Of a stretch of 64,000 nt of DNA, positions 9,901 to 18,272 are shown one piece after another (within the stretch, counting starts at the first letter, position 1; every line of letters begins with the position of its first letter). Location: positions 5,088,001-5,152,000 of the forward strand of contig CAVUSO010000001.1 in the NCBI GenBank assembly GCA_963744145.1, given 5' to 3'. The position numbers were made by a program, and so were the translations under genes. This stretch comes from an uncultured cyanobacterium. GTDB taxonomy: Bacteria > Cyanobacteriota > Cyanobacteriia > Cyanobacteriales > CAWUOF01. Below the pieces are notes generated by a model. It was not told the origin of the DNA. It searched no databases and saw nothing but the letters and a program-made list of their open reading frames with translations.

Positions 9901-11362
9901 CTCACTCATCATTGAGTGATATACGCCCTACCGATGGGCTTAAATCGGACTAGTTGGAAACGACTGACTGTTGGAAGTCAGGTACTGTCCCGCCCCTACC
10001 GATGGGCTTAAATCGGACTAGTTGGAAACTTTTTACAGGTTCCCAAGGCTTCCCCGTTGGAGTCCTTCCCTACCGATGGGCTTAAATCGGACTAGTTGGA
10101 AACAGTACAGAAGCAACAGCAACACCGATACCAACAATAACACCACCCTACCGATGGGCTTAAATCGGACTAGTTGGAAACTTTATCGAGACGCCACCGG
10201 TGGCGTCTATATCGTGCGACCCCTACCGATGGGCTTAAATCGGACTAGTTGGAAACTTTATCGGGGGTGGGATGGCAAACGATCACTTTGCCCCTACCGA
10301 TGGGCTTAAATCGGACTAGTTGGAAACGCGAGGTTGCAGTCAGTATCGTACCACTGCACTCCACCCCTACCGATGGGCTTAAATCGGACTAGTTGGAAAC
10401 GTCTGACAGCTCTTGCCGTCAGCGGAACACTCGGTTTCCGCCCTACCGATGGGCTTAAATCGGACTAGTTGGAAACTTTTCTCCTATCCCCGTTAGCCTA
10501 GATCATTAGCTTTACTTCCCTACCGATGGGCTTAAATCGGACTAGTTGGAAACTCTGTCTTTCCGTTAGCGGTCCAGGTACCGCCTACCCTACCGATGGG
10601 CTTAAATCGGACTAGTTGGAAACAGGTTATTGTTGCTACGAAGTTTAAGGAATTGAAAGATCCCTACCGATGGGCTTAAATCGGACTAGTTGGAAACCAA
10701 ACAAAGTCGCAGAAGAATCGAATACAAAGCCCTACCGATGGGCTTAAATCGGACTAGTTGGAAACCCTTGACTACAGCGGCAGCAGCAGCAACACCAAGC
10801 AAAGCCCTACCGATGGGCTTAAATCGGACTAGTTGGAAACGCAATAGCAGCAAGGGCTAGAAGGGCTAGTAGAGCAACACCCTACCGATGGGCTTAAATC
10901 GGACTAGTTGGAAACTTGAAAGCGCCGCTTCAGCTCTGGTGAGCTGTTTGGCCCTACCGATGGGCTTAAATCGGACTAGTTGGAAACGCTGTAAAAGGAC
11001 TCCACGGCCAGCGTTGTTATCCCTACCGATGGGCTTAAATCGGACTAGTTGGAAACCTACGGCAACAGCAACAACAAACAATTTGATAGAAGACCCCTAC
11101 CGATGGGCTTAAATCGGACTAGTTGGAAACTAGAGCATCCCGCTCTTCAATTAGGAGCGTTCCTTTCTTCCCCACGCCCTACCGATGGGCTTAAATCGGA
11201 CTAGTTGGAAACAAGGGACGGTTGGACCAAATGCTGGGAAATCTACCAACCCTACCGATGGGCTTAAATCGGACTAGTTGGAAACGTGTACAGTTCAGCC
11301 TTAATCGCTGCTATTGCAGCTTTAGGCCCTACCGATGGGCTTAAATCGGACTAGTTGGAAAC
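6922..11362 (+). CRISPR. CRISPR array, 61 identical 36-bp repeats and 60 spacers (30-46 bp)
   Basis: Repeat CCCTACCGATGGGCTTAAATCGGACTAGTTGGAAAC with CCGAT/ATCGG stem and GAAAC end; counted manually; orientation from leader position and 3' GAAAC. Confidence 0.98.
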
Positions 11363-11379
11363 GGTACTCCAATAATGGA

Positions 11380-11544
11380 GTTTACAGCCCCCGACGAAAA
11401 CGTATTAATCCCCGTGTTGTCAAAATTAAAATATCCAAATTCAAGCGCAAAAACTCTTCCCATAAATCTGAATTCAGAGACATGGAAAAAGAGTTGGAAA
11501 TCCTTCCCTCGCAAGCAGTATGATAATTTCATTCACGGGTATTG
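11380..11544 (+). pseudogene. 3' remnant of an IS4-family transposase with its right end
   Basis: PRRKRINPRVVKIKISKFKRK resembles IS4 transposase C-termini; followed by CACGGGTATTG, resembling an IS4 CAATAC-type terminal repeat. Confidence 0.6.
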
Positions 11545-11599
11545 ATTTTTAACCATCTATCCGAAGCCAAACGCGAAAAAGTGTTAAATTTTGCCCGTT

Positions 11600-12934
11600 T
11601 TATCTATCAAAAAGCTGAAGCGTTAAATTGACTAAAAGTTTAGCCAAAGCTTTTACTATTGGGCGATTAGAAACATCTTCTCCGCGTTCCAAATGATGAA
11701 CTTTACCTGTCAAGATCGGATCTTTACTGGTAATTTCGTCATTTTTACCGTTGTAATCACTATAAATAATTGCAATGACTTCTACAGGTTGAGCAAGATT
11801 TTTTTCACAAAGTTCTTTCCATGCAGCTACATCAGCTTCAGTTTTTGCTAAAATAACTGCATGAGTAGCTTGAGACATAATGTCTTTATCCTCATAGATG
11901 GGAATTTTACCACCCACATCAAACAGTAACAGAGAGTTTTTAATTACCTTAAGCTCTCGGGTTTTTGCTTTAGCGAATTCGGGGGTAAATTTTGCCTTAT
12001 ACTCATCTTTTAGTTTTCGAGCTAAATCAGGATAATTAGCAACTGTTTCTGAGTACCAAGATCCATCACCATCGGGACAGCCAGAGACGGTATAAAAATC
12101 ATCAGGAGCATTGTCTAAATTTAAAATTGCTGTCTTTAATCCGTCTCTCAGTACAGTTTTTCCCGTATTTGGCGGTCCACATAAGACGACTTTAACTGTA
12201 GGTTGTGGATCATAATTAATATCAAAAGTTTCGCCAACTTGATAGTCTTTACCATGACTCGTCACTACCACATATCGATCTGATCCTTTATCTCCCTGTT
12301 TAGGATCAAAAACTGCTACACTGCTATACAGATGCGCCACTTTATTAGCGATCGCAAAACTAGCTAAGACTGTTGAACGTCCATTAATTCTAAGCACTTG
12401 TTTACCCCCAGAGAGTTGTCCTGAACTTATTAATTGATCTAATTGTGCTTCTGCATCTAGGAGGATTTGGTCACCATCAACTTTAATCCCATTGTTAATT
12501 TTGGCAATTAGAACATCCTCTTCCCAATAGATTAAAAATGAGGGATGATCGCTAGGATGAGAAGAAACTTGTTTAACTTCACCAGTAATCATGTCAATGC
12601 GACTACCGACAGGATACTCAGAAGCGGTACTTATGACCACAATGTATGCACCTAAGCGGGTATCGGAAACAGCGATCGCACGATACAAATGAGCCAACTC
12701 ATGGGTCAAGGTATAACCACCTAGCACCGAAATTCTGCCATTAATTTTCAGTAAGTTTCCACCTTTAATTTCCTCAGCAGCAATCATGTCCCGCAGTTGC
12801 GTTGCTAGATCCCGCACAATTTGGTCCCCATCAGCGGGAATTGGTTCTCCCTTTGCATTTTTAGCAAAATCTACTTTTAAGGTATCCCCTTCTAACCGAA
12901 TTTGATAGCTAGTCTTGGTTATTCCGGTATTCAT
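11600..12934 (-). CDS. csx3: Tandem Csx3 (Crn3 ring nuclease) domains fused to a P-loop NTPase
   Basis: Two repeats of L(K/R)INGR...AHLY..(I/V)AV.D...Y(I/V)VV; C-terminal GPPNTGKT, CPDGDGSW and DVGGK; likely start ATG 12934. Confidence 0.8.
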   Translation of the reverse strand: MNTGITKTSYQIRLEGDTLKVDFAKNAKGEPIPADGDQIVRDLATQLRDMIAAEEIKGGNLLKINGRISVLGGYTLTHELAHLYRAIAVSDTRLGAYIVVISTASEYPVGSRIDMITGEVKQVSSHPSDHPSFLIYWEEDVLIAKINNGIKVDGDQILLDAEAQLDQLISSGQLSGGKQVLRINGRSTVLASFAIANKVAHLYSSVAVFDPKQGDKGSDRYVVVTSHGKDYQVGETFDINYDPQPTVKVVLCGPPNTGKTVLRDGLKTAILNLDNAPDDFYTVSGCPDGDGSWYSETVANYPDLARKLKDEYKAKFTPEFAKAKTRELKVIKNSLLLFDVGGKIPIYEDKDIMSQATHAVILAKTEADVAAWKELCEKNLAQPVEVIAIIYSDYNGKNDEITSKDPILTGKVHHLERGEDVSNRPIVKALAKLLVNLTLQLFDR

Positions 12935-13040
12935 AGCTCTGATGTCCTGTGCATAAGTGATGAGGTTTATTCTCTCATCCCTATGGAAAGGGAGGTTTCC
13001 AAAGCCTGTTAATTTGGAAAAGGAACTGAGCGGGATTAAC

Positions 13041-14507
13041 ATGATGTTTGGTAAAACCTTTGATTTGTGCCCCAGTGTAGACCTGTTACAAGTGCTAGCA
13101 AGAGGTTCTTTGAGACAAAATTTGCCAAAAGCAGTGCGGTTATGGGTCCTATTGCGATCGCTGTACGGGGATGAAGCTGATCCCATGCGGTTGGATCTGG
13201 GTGAAAATTTTACTTACAGTGAGTGGAACAAACTATTTTTTAATCTAACCAATCATGAACATAAAAATTACAAAATTCCGACTGATCACGATCCCCAGTG
13301 TCATTGTGCTAAAACAATTAGTGATTGGTTATTCGATTCTAATATGGGTTGTGATCCTACAACATGGCAACATTCATTCTTACAACTTTATTCTATGTCT
13401 CAACCCGAATTAGATAGCTTGCTGTTATCGGGAATTATCAATAAAGACGGAGAAAATTCCAACAAGCAAACACCTCTACCAGGTGGTCGTTTATTTGCGA
13501 TCACGAGTAAAAATATTCAATATGATTTTGGAGCATTGGTGGAAATGGGATGGCTAAAAATTCAGAAAATAACAAGTTGTAATAGTAAAAGATGTAAAAC
13601 TCTCTATTGTCGCGTAGAAGATTTTCCGAATCTTGGTATTTATCCCAATCCTCCTATTGCTCAATCGGAAATTAAAGTCAGTAATGTTATTCAAAATGAC
13701 CTGGCTGATTTTTTTAATGATTTCGGAGGTGAAATTAATGGTAAACAGCGCTTCTTTTTAGATATTGAGTATATTGTTCCTGCAAATTTTTCCCAGCAAA
13801 TTAACACCATCAGACAACAACTGAAAGAAGTTTGGCAGCAATCAATAGTACCACCGATAAAAATAACATATATCAGTGCTAGAAATTATCAAAGCTATCA
13901 AGATGAAGGAGAAGAATATATTGTTTATCCAGTTTGCATCTATTATTCCCATCGCGCACCTTATTTATTTAGCTTTGGTCAAGATCCTGTAAATAAAGGT
14001 AAAATTGGCTGGTATGATTATCGATTAGACCGAATACAGAAATTAGAACAACTAACCTGGGATCAAGTTAAAATTGCCGATTTCTCTGAACAGATTTGTC
14101 AGGGAAAAACACCAAGTCATATTGAAGACTTAAGAAATGAAGCGTGGGGATTTGATTTTTACAAACCAAAAAAGTTAATGCTGTTGCGATTCGATCGCTA
14201 TTTTCATAATCGCTATATTGAGGGAACTGAACGGGAAAAAAGATTTCAGAAAATTCCTTACAGATATGCTAAAAGTCTGGTGGAACAAGAACCAATTGAC
14301 AGTGAACTTAAACAGCAAACTTTAGCGATTTTCAAGTCTCGTTCGACCACAGATATTTATTGTCGAGTTAATTATCGTGTAGATGATAATAATGTGATTA
14401 TGAGATTGAGAGCGTGGGGTGCTATGGTAGAAGTATTTTTACCTTGGGAATTGCGATCGCTGATGGCTAAAGAAATTGAAGATAATTACCATCTTTATCA
14501 TAATTGA
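13041..14507 (+). CDS. CRISPR-associated WYL-domain protein (sll7078/TIGR03985-like)
   Basis: LARGSLRQNLPKAVRLWVLLRSLYG N-terminus, VYPVCIYY..RAPYL, WYDYRLDRI, RLRAWGAMVEVFLPWELR. Confidence 0.85.
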   Translation: MMFGKTFDLCPSVDLLQVLARGSLRQNLPKAVRLWVLLRSLYGDEADPMRLDLGENFTYSEWNKLFFNLTNHEHKNYKIPTDHDPQCHCAKTISDWLFDSNMGCDPTTWQHSFLQLYSMSQPELDSLLLSGIINKDGENSNKQTPLPGGRLFAITSKNIQYDFGALVEMGWLKIQKITSCNSKRCKTLYCRVEDFPNLGIYPNPPIAQSEIKVSNVIQNDLADFFNDFGGEINGKQRFFLDIEYIVPANFSQQINTIRQQLKEVWQQSIVPPIKITYISARNYQSYQDEGEEYIVYPVCIYYSHRAPYLFSFGQDPVNKGKIGWYDYRLDRIQKLEQLTWDQVKIADFSEQICQGKTPSHIEDLRNEAWGFDFYKPKKLMLLRFDRYFHNRYIEGTEREKRFQKIPYRYAKSLVEQEPIDSELKQQTLAIFKSRSTTDIYCRVNYRVDDNNVIMRLRAWGAMVEVFLPWELRSLMAKEIEDNYHLYHN

Positions 14508-14519
14508 AAAACAATTAAG

Positions 14520-14772
14520 AAAAACCTTATGGCTATTAGTATTAGAAAATGATGGGGATGAAGATGAAGCGATCGCAGCTCTTTTACATGATGCAGTGGA
14601 AGATCAAGGAGGAGCAGAAACACGAGCAGCAATTCTAAAGCAATTTGGTGAGCGAGTTGTGGAAATTGTCGATGGTTGTACAGAACCATTCACTGTACCT
14701 AGATTACCTTGGCGCGATCGCAAGTTACAATATATTAGCGATATTGATGTATTGCTAACTTTTGCCCCGTAG
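14520..14772 (+). pseudogene. Fragment of an HD-domain (SpoT/Mesh1-like) hydrolase
   Basis: DEDEAIAALLHDAVEDQGG...FGERVVEIVDGCTE...WRDRK; N- and C-terminal parts missing. Confidence 0.75.
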
Positions 14773-14821
14773 AGAGAATCCCCCAACTTCGTGGATAGCC
14801 AGGATTTTGTGCCTTTCCCGC

Positions 14822-15187
14822 TCAGTTAAGGGTGCGATCGCGTGCTTCAGTAGAGGGAGAAAGTATTTCTGCAATCAAGCAGGGGTATTGCAAAAACTCA
14901 CGAGCTTGACGATCGCGCTCTTCACAACTAACAACTACATCAGGATAATAATAGGCTCCTGTTTTTGTCATCAGTTTGGCATCACTACCGAGAATGCGAT
15001 AACTTCTTCCTCGCAGATGATTTTTAATTAATGTCAACAGATTGATGGTGATTTCGTTATGGTTCAGTGTTCCTCCTGTCATAGCAATAATTTTTCCATG
15101 TTCATCCTCATATTTGCCATCCTGTTGTGCCTCCCAATCGAGATACTCTTCCGGAGACATAACCGCAGACTTTACTACAGCAATCAT
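14822..15187 (-). pseudogene. Uma2/DUF820-family protein, C-terminally truncated
   Basis: MSPEEYLDWE, AMTGGTLNHN, YYPDVVVSC, PCLIAEILSPST, then a premature stop. Confidence 0.8.
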
Positions 15188-15231
15188 AGAAATATCCTAG
15201 ACTTTGATCCTAAATCGGTTGATTAGTTTTG

Positions 15232-15819
15232 TTATTTATTAGCCCACAAAATCGCATCAACACTGATCACCAGATCGCTAAAAGCTAAAGGTGAGATACT
15301 TTCACCGGGTCTAAATTGTTGGATGCTTTCATAACCATTAGCACTGGGATTGCGATAAACCTCAACTAATTGGGCTTCTATGTCTACGATCCAAAGTTCA
15401 ATAATTCCTGCTCTCCCATAGCGAACAGACTTAATATTACGGTCATCGTCAATCGTAGTAACGGATACTTCAATTAGTAAATATATGTCTTGGGGCTGGG
15501 GGAGCAGATACTCGTAACAATCATCACGACGTTTCAGGATTGATAAATCAGGTTCCGGTTGTAATTTTCCGTTTAGCCTTACTGGGGTCTGTGACAAGAT
15601 TGTGGCACGTTTACCTAACCCCAGGAAGAAAATCTCAAGCAAGCGACCAACACACCCTAAATGACGACTACCCATCGGTGCCATATAAATAATATCCCCA
15701 TCAATTAGTTCTGTCCTATTATCCCCAAGCATCCCCAACTCACCCAGTTGGTAATATTCCTCTACTGTGAATTGCTTTCTTGTTGGTTTTGTTGCTACTG
15801 CAATCATCTTTCTCACCAT
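15232..15819 (-). CDS. Uma2/DUF820-family endonuclease-like protein
   Basis: FTVEEYYQL, RTELIDG, PEPDL, LLIEVS, GIIELWIVD. Confidence 0.9.
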   Translation of the reverse strand: MVRKMIAVATKPTRKQFTVEEYYQLGELGMLGDNRTELIDGDIIYMAPMGSRHLGCVGRLLEIFFLGLGKRATILSQTPVRLNGKLQPEPDLSILKRRDDCYEYLLPQPQDIYLLIEVSVTTIDDDRNIKSVRYGRAGIIELWIVDIEAQLVEVYRNPSANGYESIQQFRPGESISPLAFSDLVISVDAILWANK

Positions 15820-16499
15820 CCTATTTACTGAATAGGCGCAATAATTCCCATTCTAATTGCATTCGCGTAGTGTACCGTAGGTAATCGCTTGCTCAATTTC
15901 AGCTTTGGAATTGCCTGTCCAATAGCAACATCCAAAGCCCCTAGCCCCTTAGCATTGGATTCCAAGCTCCCCATAACGGATTAATGGGTTTTTTATGGCA
16001 ATTTATGTGATTTGAGTGAGTAATTAATTCTCATTTCGGGTAAAATCTATTAAAAGAGCATTGTAAAATCAGCTTTTTGATAATTTGCCTGGGACAGTTT
16101 TTGAAAAGATGGAGAGCCGCATGAGAGTAGAATTACTTATGGTCAAGCTCAAAGCCAGAATATTCATCAAGTGCCAGTAGCTTTTTGATAGAAGACCCCC
16201 TTTCCATGAGGGTGTAAAAATATAAAGTAGCCAATCAATACTTCAGACAGTTTTTGATTGTCAACGGTAGAAAAAGGGTTTCGCACCCATATTGCTCTCG
16301 AACTACCAACAGTAGATCAAGGGTTTCAGCCTACGATCTAAAAATTGTCCGGACTATTGCCCATAGGAGCGTAAATATGCCTAAACTAATTCCTTGGAAA
16401 TTAAAGCATCCACGAGCCATCATCCAAAAAATAAAAAAAATTATCCAAAATGAATGAGGTTATTTACCGTGGTTAAACCAAGAAAAGAGGAATATTAAA

Positions 16500-18272
16500 G
16501 TGAGTCAAATATATACTGCGATCACCTTTGCCCCAGTGCAAAGTTTTATTGAAAAATCCCGTAAATTGCGAGATTTATATGGGAGTTCATTTATCTTATC
16601 CTACTTAGCCGTGGAAATTTGTAGAGCAGCTAGGCGCGATCGCAATGTTCCAGAAGATAATCCCCCTCCGGAAATTGACCCGATCATCTCACCAGCACTC
16701 ATCAACGTCACTCAAGGGACGCCTAATCAAATAATTATTCGAGGAGATTACAAAAAAGATAACGCTGAAACCGCCTTTGCTGAAGCTTGGGATGCAGTGA
16801 TAGAAGGTTGTCGTCAGTGGATCGAAGACAATGTTAAAACTTGTGGGCAGTATTACTGGAGGAGGAACTGGGATGGGTGGAAACATCATGCTTGGGAGTT
16901 TTTTTGGGGACAAGGACAAAATATCGGTGAAGCAAGGAATGCGGTTAATGAAGCCAAGCGATCGCGCAATTGGATAGCAATAAACTGGGTAGGAGAAAGT
17001 TCGACTTTATCTGGTGCCGATGGGGTCGCGTGGCCAGGTTTAGGCAAGAATAATCCGAAGTATTCTAATTACCAGCAGCAAAAATTGGAGATTGAAGGTT
17101 TTTATCAGCGACTAAGTTTGAAACTGGGAGAAGCTTTTGCAGAAGCCGCAAATCTCAATGTAGATGAAGAAAAGAAAAAAGAATATGGTGCGGCGTTTGT
17201 TGACCCTGATGAAGAATTAAGCATACCTGAATTAGTGAAGCGGTTAATTACGCATCTAGCGATCGCTGAGAGAATTGTCGCGCGATTGAAACAACCAATT
17301 ACTAAAAGAGAACTTAAAGAAAGGTTGAAGCAACTGAGTGAAGAACTAAATCCCGATAGTTTTAGAGATTTAAGTCGCTTAAAACACAAAAATAAAAAAG
17401 CCCAGACATCAGTCCCAGAATATTATACTGGTTGGTTTCAGGGAGACGGCGATCGCATGGGCGATTTAATGAAAAGACTCTCTAACGAGGACAATCCTGA
17501 AATTGAAGCCCAAGAACTTCATAAATTTAGTCGGGCGATGATGAAATGGGGAGAAAAAAACTTCAAGCCCAACCTGAATGCTTCTAACGGTCGTACAGTT
17601 TATGCTGGTGGTGATGACTTTCTTGGGATTTTTTACCCCTTACCAAAAAATCCGTCACAAAAGCAGCAATTTATCCCTCTGACCGGACAAGATTGCATCA
17701 ATTGGTTTTATGAATTTCCCGCTCTTTGGAAACAGCACAAACAACCCGTAAGTGTTAGTGTTGGATTTGTCTGGGCAGCACCCAATGTACCACAAAGAGA
17801 CGTTTTACAGCACTGCCATTCAGCTGAATCTTCAGCAAAAAAGAGTGGCAAAGACCGTATTGCATTGCGGGTGCTATTTAACGGTGGTACTCATATAGAA
17901 TGGGTATGTCCTTGGTGGTTTTTAGAAGTATTAAAACACTATCAAGATAGAGATGGCAACACTTTAAAATCTTTGTCAAAAGGGAATAAAACTAAACCAA
18001 ACTGGACTCACCTTTATAACGATGTTGCTACTTTAGAATCGCGCCACGCATTTTACGGTAATACTAAAATTGCCCAAGCACTCTTTCAAATTTATTTTCC
18101 TGAGTGCAAGGATTTTATTCACCATGATTATTGGTGGGTACATTGCTATAGAGATGAATTGAGAACGGGCATTTTAGGACATGAACAAAAAAATGCCAAA
18201 AAAGATGTTACTGAACTGTTTAACGAATGGGTTATTAACTTAGCAAAAGTAGGATTTCACTTATGCACATAA
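16500..18272 (+). CDS. cmr2: Type III-B Cas10/Cmr2 lacking HD domain, with intact GGDD palm
   Basis: ITFAPVQSFIEKSRKLRDLYGSS, WFQGDGDRMG, VYAGGDDFLG. Confidence 0.95.
   Translation: MSQIYTAITFAPVQSFIEKSRKLRDLYGSSFILSYLAVEICRAARRDRNVPEDNPPPEIDPIISPALINVTQGTPNQIIIRGDYKKDNAETAFAEAWDAVIEGCRQWIEDNVKTCGQYYWRRNWDGWKHHAWEFFWGQGQNIGEARNAVNEAKRSRNWIAINWVGESSTLSGADGVAWPGLGKNNPKYSNYQQQKLEIEGFYQRLSLKLGEAFAEAANLNVDEEKKKEYGAAFVDPDEELSIPELVKRLITHLAIAERIVARLKQPITKRELKERLKQLSEELNPDSFRDLSRLKHKNKKAQTSVPEYYTGWFQGDGDRMGDLMKRLSNEDNPEIEAQELHKFSRAMMKWGEKNFKPNLNASNGRTVYAGGDDFLGIFYPLPKNPSQKQQFIPLTGQDCINWFYEFPALWKQHKQPVSVSVGFVWAAPNVPQRDVLQHCHSAESSAKKSGKDRIALRVLFNGGTHIEWVCPWWFLEVLKHYQDRDGNTLKSLSKGNKTKPNWTHLYNDVATLESRHAFYGNTKIAQALFQIYFPECKDFIHHDYWWVHCYRDELRTGILGHEQKNAKKDVTELFNEWVINLAKVGFHLCT

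Noticed and set aside
6958..11326. Self-targeting spacers
   Set aside because: No match to this window noticed by eye; a proper BLAST could not be run.
7532..11523. ORFs containing LPMGLNRTSWK or FQLVRFKPIGR repeats
   Set aside because: These are translations of the CRISPR repeat, not genes.
12935..13186. N-terminal extensions and overlap of the 528-aa and 516-aa ORFs
   Set aside because: Artefact of longest-ORF calling; recognisable domains begin near 12934 (-) and 13041 (+).
14476..14772. HD fragment as a split Cas10 HD domain
   Set aside because: Motifs are SpoT/Mesh1-like rather than Cas3/Cas10-type, and the gene is truncated.
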